The notes beneath the pieces are model-generated. The model was given only the letters and a program-made list of their open reading frames with translations. It searched no databases and had not been told where the DNA came from. The position numbers were made by a program, and so were the translations under genes. DNA of 64,000 nucleotides from a virus (taxonomy: Duplodnaviria > Caudoviricetes), in IMG/VR virus record IMGVR_UViG_2887198475_000002. One strand, written 5' to 3'. Below are positions 18,403 through 27,837 of this stretch, one piece after another (positions within the stretch are counted from its first letter, which is position 1; the number at the start of each line of letters is the position of its first letter).

Positions 18403-19299
18403 CTATTCGGAGCCAGATCCCAGGTGGCGCCGCATGTCGCGCGCGACGGCGGCCGCGAATGCCTTCTCGGCGTCGGGCTGGATCTCCTGGGCCGTGGTCC
18501 GCGCCGGGTGCAGCCCCGGCCGGGCGGGCGCCTGCCAGCCAGAACTCCACTCGCCCATGACCCTGAACGTCAGGCTCTTGCTGTGCGAGCTGCCGCCGCG
18601 GCCGCCGGGCTTCCTGAACTGGACCATCCCCTCCATGCGGCGGGCCGCCTGCCCGGTCACGCCCAGGGACGCCAGCGTGTCCTTGTCCAGCCGCGTGCCC
18701 CATTGGTAATCGCGCTGGCGGACCTGCACGACCTGCCCGCGCTCCGTGCGCCAGCTCTGCCCGCCGCCGCTGCGCCAGCCGATCGCCCCGGTGCCTGAAT
18801 CGCGCCAGCCCAGCCCCGTGACCTGGGACGGCTTCTGGCTATGCCACCAGTTCTGTACCGCCTCCGGCATCTCGTGCCGGCCGGCTGCCGCGACCGTCCC
18901 CTCTCCGAACCACCGGAACGGGATGATCAGATACCGCTGCCCCTTGTGCGCCCCGTTCTGCACCACCCGGGTCTTGAGCGAGCTGCCCAGGATGCGCTTC
19001 ATGTCCCGGGCCGGGGCGCCCTCCTCGATCGCCCAGGCGTAGGCTAAATCGCTGTAGACCTCGGCGCCGAAAGGCCCCGTCTGCTGCAACTGGATGCTGC
19101 GCAGGTAGGTGCCAGAGCGCGGCTCGATCGTGCCGCCGCCGGGCAGCGGCGCCCCGGAGGCATAGTCCTGCCACTTCGCATGCGCCGCTTCCGAGACGGC
19201 CCGCACCGCCTGGGCCAGCGACGGGAACAGCTCCGCGGTCAGGGGCGACCTGTCCGAGATCAGGTGCCCCATGTCCACGCTGATCCGAAAGCCGGTCAT
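18403..19299 (-). CDS. Neck / virion morphogenesis protein
   Basis: RSGTYLRSI, YAWAIEEG..RDMK, YLIIPFR, TFRVM..SSGW. Confidence 0.65.
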   Translation of the reverse strand: MTGFRISVDMGHLISDRSPLTAELFPSLAQAVRAVSEAAHAKWQDYASGAPLPGGGTIEPRSGTYLRSIQLQQTGPFGAEVYSDLAYAWAIEEGAPARDMKRILGSSLKTRVVQNGAHKGQRYLIIPFRWFGEGTVAAAGRHEMPEAVQNWWHSQKPSQVTGLGWRDSGTGAIGWRSGGGQSWRTERGQVVQVRQRDYQWGTRLDKDTLASLGVTGQAARRMEGMVQFRKPGGRGGSSHSKSLTFRVMGEWSSGWQAPARPGLHPARTTAQEIQPDAEKAFAAAVARDMRRHLGSGSE

Positions 19300-19958
19300 G
19301 TGCGCGGACCGATGTTGCCGAACAACTGGAAGCGCCGGGCCGCCACGCGCCGGGGCAGCGGCAGGCCGCCATGGTGCGCTCTGTCCTGCGGCAGCTCGAT
19401 CAGCAGAAAATACTCAGGGCGGCGCCGGCCGACGATGCTGAACTGCTGTCCCGGCTCCGGCGCGTTGGCGCCGGCGGCCCAGGAGAGCGTGCCATCCGGA
19501 GCTGCGACGGGGGCGTCCCCCTCCACGATCGCATCCCCGGCCCCGAGCCAGAAGCAGCGGTCAATCTGCACTACCAGCCCGTCGCGCACGCATGCCGGCG
19601 CGTCCGTGCCATCGTGCGTCAGCACGAGCTGGAACGGCTCAGACGAGTCCATCATCAGGATTCGATCATGCTCGCCGGCGGCGAACAGAGGCGAGGCCCC
19701 GGGGATCGTCAGCACCACATCGCCAGATTCCCAGCGCCCGAACGCCGCATACTCCCGGGCCAGCTTCATGCCGGAGAGGCCGGTCCATGCGGGGATGGGA
19801 TCGCCCCATATCGTGCCAAGGCCGCGGCAGCGCAGGCAGCCGTAGCGCCCCTGCCCCGTGTTCGGGTCGCGGCAGGGGCACGGCGCGGCGCGGCGCCAGG
19901 ACACACGCTGCCCCAGATCGCGGAGCATCCGGTCGAATCTGGCCGGAGACAGCCGCAT
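19296..19958 (-). CDS. Head closure/neck protein
   Basis: GQRVSW..CPC..C.RC.G.G pattern; position. Confidence 0.65.
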   Translation of the reverse strand: MRLSPARFDRMLRDLGQRVSWRRAAPCPCRDPNTGQGRYGCLRCRGLGTIWGDPIPAWTGLSGMKLAREYAAFGRWESGDVVLTIPGASPLFAAGEHDRILMMDSSEPFQLVLTHDGTDAPACVRDGLVVQIDRCFWLGAGDAIVEGDAPVAAPDGTLSWAAGANAPEPGQQFSIVGRRRPEYFLLIELPQDRAHHGGLPLPRRVAARRFQLFGNIGPRT

Positions 19959-19959
19959 G

Positions 19960-20736
19960 CTACAGCCTGCCCATCACAACGCCGCCGATCAACTGCCGGA
20001 GGCGGGCCAGCTTCTTCTCGATGATGTCCTCGTATTTCGAGGTGTCCATCGACAGGGACTGTGAAAGGCCGTCCGCGGAGACGGAACCGGAAGCCGGGAA
20101 GAACTGATCCTCGACCACGCCCAACACCGCCATCTTCTTGACCACGTCCAGCAGGTCGGGATGCTCCTCCGCCGCATTCTTCAAGCCGGCTCGGTAGCGG
20201 ACCTGAATGGAGAGGGGCATGGCGGAGGCAAAGCCGATCGCGGACAACACGAACCCGCCGAGCTGACCCTGCATGTAGGTCCCGACCGGCACGAACTGCG
20301 CCACACCGTATTTTCGATCGAGCCGTAGCCATTGCACCGGCACGTCGAAAATCGGGTTTTCGGTGCCCGGGTAGACGAACTTGAGGCCATGGACCTTGAT
20401 GACTGGCCGATGGCGGAGCCGCAGAGCACCCCAGGTCCCGGCGGAAAACAGGGCCGGGTCGAAGTCATAGCCGGGCTCCGGGACAACCGCTTCCCCGGCG
20501 TCGCGGAGCGCCTGGATCTCGGCCTCCGGCGTGTCCTGCGGCACCACTTCCCGCGGTGTCAGAAAGGTGCGCAGCGCCTTAGACGCCTGGGCTTCGGCCG
20601 ACAGGAGCTTGCCCCACAGGTAGTCATCGCTGGTTTCCACGTCGGGGAACAGGTTCTGCGAGACAGCCAGCAGACGGTCCCGCCGCATCTCGGCGAGGAC
20701 CACAGCCCGGTCCGCAAAGAGCGTTAGGACCGGCAT
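19960..20736 (-). CDS. Head-tail adaptor
   Basis: LRHRPV, VRYRAG, SVSADGLSQS. Confidence 0.7.
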   Translation of the reverse strand: MPVLTLFADRAVVLAEMRRDRLLAVSQNLFPDVETSDDYLWGKLLSAEAQASKALRTFLTPREVVPQDTPEAEIQALRDAGEAVVPEPGYDFDPALFSAGTWGALRLRHRPVIKVHGLKFVYPGTENPIFDVPVQWLRLDRKYGVAQFVPVGTYMQGQLGGFVLSAIGFASAMPLSIQVRYRAGLKNAAEEHPDLLDVVKKMAVLGVVEDQFFPASGSVSADGLSQSLSMDTSKYEDIIEKKLARLRQLIGGVVMGRL

Positions 20737-21174
20737 TTAGTTGTCGATCTGGATGCTGATCTGTCCGGCCAGGAACTGCGGCGCGGCATCGCCGGAGTTG
20801 ACCGTTTTCGAGGTGGTGAGCGCGCCATACCAATGCAGATTGCCGCCGGTCGCCGCGTCCCAGACGCCCCAATGCGTGATGTTGCCCCAATTGGCCGTGG
20901 GGACGGCGAAGTTCACAGCGATGGCGTTGGTGGTGGTGCCGTTGGTGCCGGAGCTGTTGCCGGAGGTCGAGCCGTGGGTGCCGTTCCAGCTCGCCGTGGC
21001 GCGGGAGACGGACACGCGGGCATATCCGGCGCCCGTGACCTCGGTGCCGGGGCCAGTATCGGAGGGAGCCGCCGTCATGAGGCCGATGTAGAGATTCGTC
21101 GGCAACGTCGGCGCGACGCCGCGGAAATAGTAGTCGATGAGGATGTTTTCGAGGGTATCGGTCATGGCCGTCAT
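20737..21174 (-). CDS. Small virion structural (fiber/collar-like) protein
   Basis: LYIGLMTAAP..EVTGAGYARV..WG.ITH.GVWDAATGGN. Confidence 0.75.
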   Translation of the reverse strand: MTAMTDTLENILIDYYFRGVAPTLPTNLYIGLMTAAPSDTGPGTEVTGAGYARVSVSRATASWNGTHGSTSGNSSGTNGTTTNAIAVNFAVPTANWGNITHWGVWDAATGGNLHWYGALTTSKTVNSGDAAPQFLAGQISIQIDN

Positions 21175-21178
21175 AGGC

Positions 21179-21240
21179 GGAATCCCCTGATTGCGCCGGG
21201 ACTTCCCCGCCGCGCTGCCGGTTCAGGATTCCGTCACGAC
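21179..21240 (-). promoter_or_regulatory. GTCGTGAC motif plus RBS-occluding pairing
   Basis: GGAATCCTGA after the motif is complementary to TCAGGGGATTCC (SD) before ATG 21174. Confidence 0.6.
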
Positions 21241-21525
21241 CAACAGAAAGGTCGCGCCATAGCCACGGAAGCTGGGCTCACGTTAAGTGAAACAAAATAG
21301 GAATAAATGCTGGTTTGCTGTTGGTCATCGTGAACCACGCATACTTTATAACGTTAATTATCGATGTATGTGGATGTCCTACTCGCAATGTTTCAATCCA
21401 AAATTTTGACTTCGATATAGAAAATAATTTTGTTGGCGACACAAGCGCTGCGCATGGCTATAATTTTAATCTGCAATGTTGCAAAAATACTAGTAATACA
21501 GCATACAAATCTACAAGGCATAACA

Positions 21526-21963
21526 ATGCGAGATAAATATATATTAATAAGTGATACAGAATTTGGTTTAAACCCTGCACGTAAATGCAAAACAACTTTT
21601 GTTGCTTTTAGCATTTACATTATTTCGTGTTTTTTAAGTTTAAATGGCATGGCTCAAACGGCGGATGAACGCTGGTTTGCTATAGGAATTTTGAGAGGTG
21701 CATCAAAAGTTCTAGGACCATTCAAGGCTTTGGACGATTGTGAGACGTCACGAAAAGCTGAGGCGGCAAAATTTTACAATCTTTATAAATCTTCTGCTCA
21801 GAAGATCCCCGCGATGGAAAAGCGGACTGTGAAAGCTGCGGGCGATGGACGAGCAGCGCTTCTAACTGCACGCGCTGAACTAGAAGATCTCATGGCCACT
21901 ACGTCTGCCTATCAGGCCATTGCAACTCTTTGGGATACAGGTGCAATCTGTGAGCGGCGCTGA
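21526..21963 (+). CDS. AT-rich moron gene, exported/membrane protein
   Basis: Low GC, antisense to the late operon, hydrophobic N-terminal segment; start uncertain. Confidence 0.55.
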   Translation: MRDKYILISDTEFGLNPARKCKTTFVAFSIYIISCFLSLNGMAQTADERWFAIGILRGASKVLGPFKALDDCETSRKAEAAKFYNLYKSSAQKIPAMEKRTVKAAGDGRAALLTARAELEDLMATTSAYQAIATLWDTGAICERR

Positions 21964-21996
21964 TCCTAGCATGAGGAAGCGCCAGGGTTCGGCTTC

Positions 21997-22362
21997 ATGA
22001 AACCGTTGCATTGGATCATCATCGTTGGGGTGAGCGCTTTCTTGCCGACTAACGTTCAGGCGGCGAAAGAAGTAAATAATCACAAAATTATAGGCATGGG
22101 CAGCGTCAGTTGCATAAATTGGTTAATGTCAAGAACAAAGAAAACCGAAATTATAGCTCAATGGTCCGATCTTTCTGAGCAATGGGTGTTAGGCTATATT
22201 TCTGGAATAGGATGGACAGAAAAATTTGGTGATCCTTTAGCTAAAGTAAATGCTAACGATGTTTGGAATTGGATCGACCATTACTGCACAAATCATTTTG
22301 ATAGCAAATTAAGTGATGCAGCAAACGAGTTCATTTTTAAGCACGCAACACAGAATCGATAA
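21997..22362 (+). CDS. AT-rich moron gene, small secreted two-Cys protein (HdeA/Rap1a-like pattern)
   Basis: Signal peptide ending VQA-A; G..SC..W, W..GY.SG, WI..YC. Confidence 0.7.
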   Translation: MKPLHWIIIVGVSAFLPTNVQAAKEVNNHKIIGMGSVSCINWLMSRTKKTEIIAQWSDLSEQWVLGYISGIGWTEKFGDPLAKVNANDVWNWIDHYCTNHFDSKLSDAANEFIFKHATQNR

Positions 22363-22480
22363 CATTTCCTTCTCCGTGATGGATGCTGTCAGTTCGTCGG
22401 CTTATGGTGGGACCAGCATCCGTTTTATGGCGAGATCCCAAAGGGGCCTGGGGAAGGGCGCCCCAGGCCAAGCAACCAAA

Positions 22481-22768
22481 TCAGGCTGTTGGGACCTCTT
22501 TGGCGTGGGCCTTGCCTCCGCGCCGAGCCTTGCCATCCGCCACGGCCTCGCTGTCGCTGGCCGGGGCCGGGGCCGGTGGCGGGGCAGGCTCCGGCTCGGG
22601 TTCGTCCAGGGAGACGATCTGAAAGCCAGGGATGCCACCGAACAACAGCTCCGCGCGCTCCTGCGGAAGCTCCTCGGAAATCATCGCGCCCCGATCGCGG
22701 ACGAACTTTACGTCGCTGATCGTCTCGGCCGCGTGCGGCAGAGTGCAGATCACTCGCGCCGCGGTCAT
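22481..22768 (-). CDS. Head-region hypothetical protein
   Basis: Overlaps upstream gene (ATGA). Confidence 0.6.
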   Translation of the reverse strand: MTAARVICTLPHAAETISDVKFVRDRGAMISEELPQERAELLFGGIPGFQIVSLDEPEPEPAPPPAPAPASDSEAVADGKARRGGKAHAKEVPTA

Positions 22769-23001
22769 GCGTTCTTCCGATCCTCCGGCAGCTTCACGGC
22801 GGCCGGCAGCGCCAGGGTCGAGACATAGTCGGTTGCCCCAACACCGGAATCTCCGTCCAGCTTCGCCAGCAGGGCCGCGATCACGGCGCGCTGGGCGTTG
22901 ACGGTGGTGATCAGGTCATAGACCACATCGCCCAGGGAGGCGGCATGAGCCGCCGGGTGGGAGTTGTTCAGCTCCGCGCGCAAGCTGCGTCGGCGTGGCA
23001 T
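22765..23001 (-). CDS. Small head protein (possible decoration)
   Basis: AAAGGA SD; directly after major capsid gene. Confidence 0.6.
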   Translation of the reverse strand: MPRRRSLRAELNNSHPAAHAASLGDVVYDLITTVNAQRAVIAALLAKLDGDSGVGATDYVSTLALPAAVKLPEDRKNA

Positions 23002-23021
23002 CGTTCGTTCATCCTTTCAGC

Positions 23022-23051
23022 GTGAGGGGGAGGCCGGCGACCTCCCCCTTA
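23022..23051 (-). terminator. Stem-loop after major capsid gene
   Basis: GGGGGAGG-N7-CCTCCCCC; no U-tract, so it may be a stabiliser. Confidence 0.4.
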
Positions 23052-23063
23052 CCGATCCGCAGC

Positions 23064-24524
23064 TCACTCGTCCGCGAACGGACGCCACACCTGATTGCGG
23101 GTCACGATGTTCCGCACCATCACATGCTGCTTGCGCTTCGACATCCGGAGGAAGCCGAAATACATCTGCGCCCAGGGGATGATCGGGCTGTCGGTGGGGT
23201 AGAGCTGCCACTTCAGCATCGGCATGAGCTGACGGAACGTGATCGCCGTGTCGCCGGGCGACAGGTTCAGCACGTAGGCTTCCTGGCTCCCCGGGACGAT
23301 CCGGTTCACGTCCTCGAACGTGGTGGTCGCACCCACGCGCGGGATGCGGCAGACCTCGCGCAGATCGGCGACGGCAGCCGGGCCATTCTGGCGGCCGCGG
23401 TAGATCACGTAGCCGGTTTCCTGGCCGGCCGCAGATGCGGCGATGGTCAGGACCACCTTCTTGCCGGCGGCGACAGCAATCTGCCCCGTCAGGCTGACGG
23501 TCGAAGCCCCCTTCTCGCTCACGCCGGCCACCCCGTAGACGTAGGTGCCGGCGCGGGCGGTGGTGAACTTAGAGTCCGCGGCGTTGCCCGTGGCGTCCGT
23601 GGTCACGCTGGTCGGGGTCATGCCGGCATTGGCGGCAGCGATGGCCGGCTTGATGAGCTGGAAGGCCCGCTTCATGCCCTCGTGGCGGATGAACACGTCC
23701 TGATTGGTCGCGATGTTGCCGTTGGACGTGCGGATGCCCACCACCGGCGCGCCGATCTTCGCGCCCGTATCACCAACGTTCGAGAGCGGCACGCGATAGG
23801 CCGGATCCAACCTGTTGTCGAAATCCTGCTGTGTCGCCTGATTCATGAACAGATCGGTCGCGGTGCCGAACTGGCCGTAGCCGGCGATGTGCGCGGCGGC
23901 GGCATTCAGCTCGTGCTGGCTTTCCAGCGGCTTGCCGTCCATGTCGATGATGTTCTCGGGCGGCACGCGGCCGCTCGCGACCCCAGCGAGGAGCTGGGCC
24001 TTGATGCCAGAAAACTCAGTTGGGACAACCCCATCGTCCCCCTCGAACAGCAGGTATTCGAGATCGGAGAGGAGCTGCTTCGCGCCGTTGCTGTATTCGG
24101 TCGCCTCCGCGTCCGCGATGGCCTTCTGCAAGGTCACGACCAGCGAAACCTGCCGGCGGGCCATGAGAAACTTGACCATCCCGACCATGCGCTGATAGGC
24201 GCCGGTCGCGTCACGGATCACGCCCGTTTCCGTGTTGGTCGAGCCGCCCAGGAAGCCGCCGATGTCGTCCTGCTCGGTCCATTCGTCCACGGTGCCCAAG
24301 GGCTTGGTCTTGGGCAGGCGGTTGAACAGCACGAAATGCTTGTTGGTTTGCAGGGCGACCTGCATGACGGGGTCCAGCGACTGCACTCGGAGCGCAGCGC
24401 CGCCGGTCAACTCCGGCGCATTGGTTCCGTAGCCAGCGGTCAGGGCTTTCTGTAGCGCCTCAACATCAGCCTGCGCCATTGCGCCGGTGATGGCGCCCGA
24501 CGCGAAGATTGCGGGATCGAGCAT
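23064..24524 (-). CDS. Major capsid protein
   Basis: 486 aa; KALTAGYG..GAALRVQSLD resembles the SPO1/Twort-type MCP N-terminus; LFEGD, EFSGI, QLMPMLK. Confidence 0.9.
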   Translation of the reverse strand: MLDPAIFASGAITGAMAQADVEALQKALTAGYGTNAPELTGGAALRVQSLDPVMQVALQTNKHFVLFNRLPKTKPLGTVDEWTEQDDIGGFLGGSTNTETGVIRDATGAYQRMVGMVKFLMARRQVSLVVTLQKAIADAEATEYSNGAKQLLSDLEYLLFEGDDGVVPTEFSGIKAQLLAGVASGRVPPENIIDMDGKPLESQHELNAAAAHIAGYGQFGTATDLFMNQATQQDFDNRLDPAYRVPLSNVGDTGAKIGAPVVGIRTSNGNIATNQDVFIRHEGMKRAFQLIKPAIAAANAGMTPTSVTTDATGNAADSKFTTARAGTYVYGVAGVSEKGASTVSLTGQIAVAAGKKVVLTIAASAAGQETGYVIYRGRQNGPAAVADLREVCRIPRVGATTTFEDVNRIVPGSQEAYVLNLSPGDTAITFRQLMPMLKWQLYPTDSPIIPWAQMYFGFLRMSKRKQHVMVRNIVTRNQVWRPFADE

Positions 24525-24571
24525 CTGTCAGCCTGCTTTTGTGAGAGGTTGCGTTGCGCGGCGCCGGGCGG

Positions 24572-25246
24572 CTACGCGAACAGGTGCCGCAGCTCGTCGG
24601 GGATGCCGAGGCCGCGGGATTGATAGGTGAACACGCGATTGGCCGCGGTTGCGTCGATCTTGCCTTCGCTCAGGAGCGAGTGCGCCTTCGCCAGAATCGC
24701 CTCGCCGGAGGGGGCTTCCGTGCCAGTTGGCGTCGCCGGGCCGCGCTTCTCGTGGACCGTCAGCACCGCCTTGCGGCCGGAACCAGAGCCGGACAGCTTT
24801 GCGATGTCCGCTCGCATGGCCTTGATGAGCTTGCCCTGCTCCTGAATCGTGGTGAGCATCGGCTTCATCAGCCCGCCCAGGGTTTCGAGCGACTTCGCGA
24901 GCTGGGCGCCCTCACCTTCGCGGGCATCCATGCGGGTCATCAGCGCCTTGAGCATGGCGGTGCCGTCGAAGGCTTCCGCCTTCTCGCCATTGGCAAGCGT
25001 GACCTCGAAGGACTTGCCGAACGCTTCCCCGCCTTCGCCTTCGCCCTCGCCTTCACCCTCGCCCTCGCCGCCACCATCGGCAGCTCCGGCGCCGTCCCGG
25101 GCGGCGGCCTCGATCTTTTCGTCGGTCGCGGCATCGTCGCTGCCCGAATCCGGCAGGGCCTTGGCCAAGGTTTCGAGATCGGCCAGTAGCGCGGCAAAGC
25201 CGCCCTCGGCCTCCGCCGGAGCGCCGGCGGCGGTCTTTTCAGTCAT
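24572..25246 (-). CDS. Scaffold-like protein
   Basis: Between protease and MCP; acidic GE run, coiled coil, GRKAV; many L/F-x-K-A/S sites. Confidence 0.65.
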   Translation of the reverse strand: MTEKTAAGAPAEAEGGFAALLADLETLAKALPDSGSDDAATDEKIEAAARDGAGAADGGGEGEGEGEGEGEGGEAFGKSFEVTLANGEKAEAFDGTAMLKALMTRMDAREGEGAQLAKSLETLGGLMKPMLTTIQEQGKLIKAMRADIAKLSGSGSGRKAVLTVHEKRGPATPTGTEAPSGEAILAKAHSLLSEGKIDATAANRVFTYQSRGLGIPDELRHLFA

Positions 25247-26160
25247 CGAGCTTTCCTCTTGCTGAGAGCGGTCCGCAGATCGCCCAAGAACCGCTCCGTC
25301 CAATCCGCGGCCTCGTCATAGGCGAGGCCGTACGCGGAGATGGCGTGGTCGGTCAGGGCTTCGACGGAAGGGGGGACGCGCTTGGCGCGCACGTCCGATG
25401 CGATGCGGTCCCGGAAATCCCAATAGGATTGCACACGCGGTTCCAGGCTTTGGTGCCGCAGCGCGGCTCCGCCTGTCAGGCTGGCGGAATCGGTCCCGTA
25501 GCCGGCCACGAGGCCCGCCGGCGCGCCGCCGTCTGATTTGGTGAAAATGAAGCCGCCGAGCGACTTGGCGAACGTGCCGACCGGCGCGACGCTGACCTCT
25601 GGCACCGATTTGTTGACGGGACAGCGATCCAGCGCCGTGTTGTTCCAGCGCACGCGCTCGACCACCGCCACGCGGTTCTGCGACTTCGGGTCGAATCGCA
25701 CGGACTTCGCCAGCACCGCGCCGCCCACGCTGGCGAACCACTTCGCGGGAGGCTGCTGCTTGGTCAGGCTGTCCCAGACCATGTTCGCGTTGCGCGCCAT
25801 GGGAGACGAGCCGGTATAGAGCTGGGCCTTAACGAACGTCCGGTTGCCGTCTATGCGGACCGCAACCGGGCGCCCAACCTCATAATCGTAATGGTTGGGG
25901 ATGCCAGCCTTTGGGCCAAGTATAGTGTAGTGCGATAAATCTACATTGCCGTGGCGTATGTAATAATCTGAGCTATCCGCCAGGGCCTTTTGTAATACAA
26001 TTTCGCCCTGGTGGTCGGGATCCTCGTTCGACGCCTCGAAATAGAGGAAACGATTGCCGCCGTCCTCAGACGGGGACGCCTTGAGGACGACGCCAAGCGC
26101 CACCCATTCGGGCACCCCAGACAACAGCTCCTCGTCCCTGCGCGCCGCGCGCTCGTCCAC
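25243..26160 (-). CDS. Prohead protease
   Basis: EASNE..D.QGEIV, NVDLSH, ASVGG, PVN. Confidence 0.8.
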   Translation of the reverse strand: MDERAARRDEELLSGVPEWVALGVVLKASPSEDGGNRFLYFEASNEDPDHQGEIVLQKALADSSDYYIRHGNVDLSHYTILGPKAGIPNHYDYEVGRPVAVRIDGNRTFVKAQLYTGSSPMARNANMVWDSLTKQQPPAKWFASVGGAVLAKSVRFDPKSQNRVAVVERVRWNNTALDRCPVNKSVPEVSVAPVGTFAKSLGGFIFTKSDGGAPAGLVAGYGTDSASLTGGAALRHQSLEPRVQSYWDFRDRIASDVRAKRVPPSVEALTDHAISAYGLAYDEAADWTERFLGDLRTALSKRKAR

Positions 26161-26161
26161 A

Positions 26162-26203
26162 GTGGCAACCCCTTGCTCGTGGGGTCCACGATTGCGTCAC
26201 GAC
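26162..26203 (-). promoter_or_regulatory. GTCGTGAC motif plus RBS-occluding hairpin
   Basis: GTGG-ACCCC-N8-GGGGT-TG-CCAC before GTG 26160. Confidence 0.6.
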
Positions 26204-26222
26204 CTGCGCAGGGAGGAGGAAA

Positions 26223-26516
26223 TCAGCCGCCGATGATAGGCGGCTGTGGGTCAAGGATGGACTTTGCCCGGGCGATGACGACGGCGAGCTGGCCCTTTTC
26301 GAGCGTCAGATCCCGGTAGCGGTCGCCGGCGACGGGGTCGAGGAGCGCCCGGGGGGCGAGCCGGACAAGATCGGATTGGACCTCGCCCAGCCGCGCCTCC
26401 GCCGCGGCGAGGATTTGCCTCTCGGCCGCGGCGGTCTGCTGGGCGAGCCAAGCTAGGTGAACGAGCCGACGACGCGCGCCGGCCATGTGCTGGTCAGGGG
26501 ATGGAGCTGCGGCCAT
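26223..26516 (-). CDS. Hypothetical late protein
   Basis: GTCGTGAC motif (26531-26538) 14 nt upstream. Confidence 0.6.
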   Translation of the reverse strand: MAAAPSPDQHMAGARRRLVHLAWLAQQTAAAERQILAAAEARLGEVQSDLVRLAPRALLDPVAGDRYRDLTLEKGQLAVVIARAKSILDPQPPIIGG

Positions 26517-26531
26517 GGTGGCAGGCTGCCG

Positions 26532-26834
26532 TCACGACCCGGGCTCGCCGGGCTCACCACCGCCTTTCGGCTTCGGCGGCGCCACCAGATCCAGCTCCGC
26601 CATCAGCTCCGCCTGCTTCTTGCGGGACAGCTTCCGGAACGCCAGCACTACCGCCCATGCGTCGCGGGGGACATCCCGGTGGTCCTTTTCCCGTTGGCGG
26701 CACCAGCGGTTCACGGTTGGGATGGCCCAGCCGCCCAACTGCGCCACCCCCTTCTGCCCCAAGCCGGTCTCATCCACAGCGGCGTCGAAGTCACGGGGCA
26801 GATCCATGGCCTCCCCGTCCGCAGTCTCGTTCAT
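26532..26834 (-). CDS. HTH (XRE-like) DNA-binding protein
   Basis: GLGQKGVAQLGGWAIPTVNRW. Confidence 0.65.
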   Translation of the reverse strand: MNETADGEAMDLPRDFDAAVDETGLGQKGVAQLGGWAIPTVNRWCRQREKDHRDVPRDAWAVVLAFRKLSRKKQAELMAELDLVAPPKPKGGGEPGEPGS

Positions 26835-27319
26835 GCCTCGCCCTCGTGCTTGAGCACGAATTGCCCGCGCTCCGTGACCTCCAGCCGCGCCTCCGGGTCG
26901 AATGCGCCGCCCGCCCAGGCCCCCAGTTCGCGCGCGGCGAGGTTCCGGATCGTGGCGAGGCGGATTGGCGGCGAGGCCGCCGGCCCCGCGCTGCCGGATC
27001 GGTAGGCTTTCCCGTCCCGCACCAGGGCGCCGGCGCGCACCAGCTCCGCCAGGGCCGCCCGCTGCGGCGCAGAGAGCGCCGCCCAGGTCGCCCTGGCCGC
27101 GGTCAGGCCCAGGCGGTTGTCCCGCATGGCCGCGTCGAAGTCGGCGAGCACGTCAGCCCGCCCAACGTCGCGCAGGAGGGCGCGCACGCCCTCCCTCTCC
27201 CGCTCCGCCCTGGCGTCGAGCAGGGACGCCACATCATCGTTTCCCTCGAACCAGCACGGCGGCGTGCCGCCCGGCTTGCATCGGACGGCGCATCCGATCG
27301 GGCAGCGCCGATTACTCAT
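26831..27319 (-). CDS. Hypothetical protein (possible wHTH)
   Basis: Overlapping start/stop with both neighbours. Confidence 0.45.
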   Translation of the reverse strand: MSNRRCPIGCAVRCKPGGTPPCWFEGNDDVASLLDARAEREREGVRALLRDVGRADVLADFDAAMRDNRLGLTAARATWAALSAPQRAALAELVRAGALVRDGKAYRSGSAGPAASPPIRLATIRNLAARELGAWAGGAFDPEARLEVTERGQFVLKHEGEA

Positions 27320-27491
27320 AGTGGGGCTTTTCCGCGGGACGCGCCGGCGAGTTCTCCATCTCATCGGCCTCCTCCTGCATCGCCTGGATGCAAGATTCGC
27401 AGTAGGCGGGCGCATCGGCGCTCGTTCCGGTATCGGCGTCGCAGCGCAGGCAGCGAGTGGCGATGATGCGGATGGTGCTAATTTCGGACAC
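27312..27491 (-). CDS. Small CxxC..CxxC protein
   Basis: CLRC..CESC; GAGG SD. Confidence 0.4.
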   Translation of the reverse strand: MSEISTIRIIATRCLRCDADTGTSADAPAYCESCIQAMQEEADEMENSPARPAEKPHYE

Positions 27492-27594
27492 GGCAGCCTC
27501 TAGGAACGAGGGCTTGAAAGTGTCTTGGGCACGCATAAGCAGCGTCGTTTAAGCAGCCCGGCGTTGAAAGGAATACCCCAAGGCTCTAGGGACC

Positions 27595-27834
27595 TTAATC
27601 TTCTTCGGGATCAGCCTCACCGATCAGCCCATTGTACCCAAACTCCGCTTCAAGATATTCAAGCGCGGACCAGTCCTGGTCAGTCGGCTTATAACCTGGG
27701 CTGGGTTCTTCCCAGTAATCATCATCGTTCAGCTTGTACCCGGCACCTTCCAAATGCTGGCGCGCCTGCTTCTCGCCACCGGGCCACTCCGCGCGAAGTT
27801 TGTCAGATTCTTTAGACATGTTTGTTCCTTTCAT
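27595..27834 (-). CDS. Hypothetical protein
   Basis: Acidic, Trp/Tyr-rich ORF in lower-GC DNA. Confidence 0.55.
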   Translation of the reverse strand: MKGTNMSKESDKLRAEWPGGEKQARQHLEGAGYKLNDDDYWEEPSPGYKPTDQDWSALEYLEAEFGYNGLIGEADPEED

Positions 27835-27837
27835 GGA

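Noticed and set aside
1862-24140. GTCGTGAC copies at 1862, 2165, 4151 and 24133
   Set aside because: Inside CDSs and not positioned before gene starts; treated as chance
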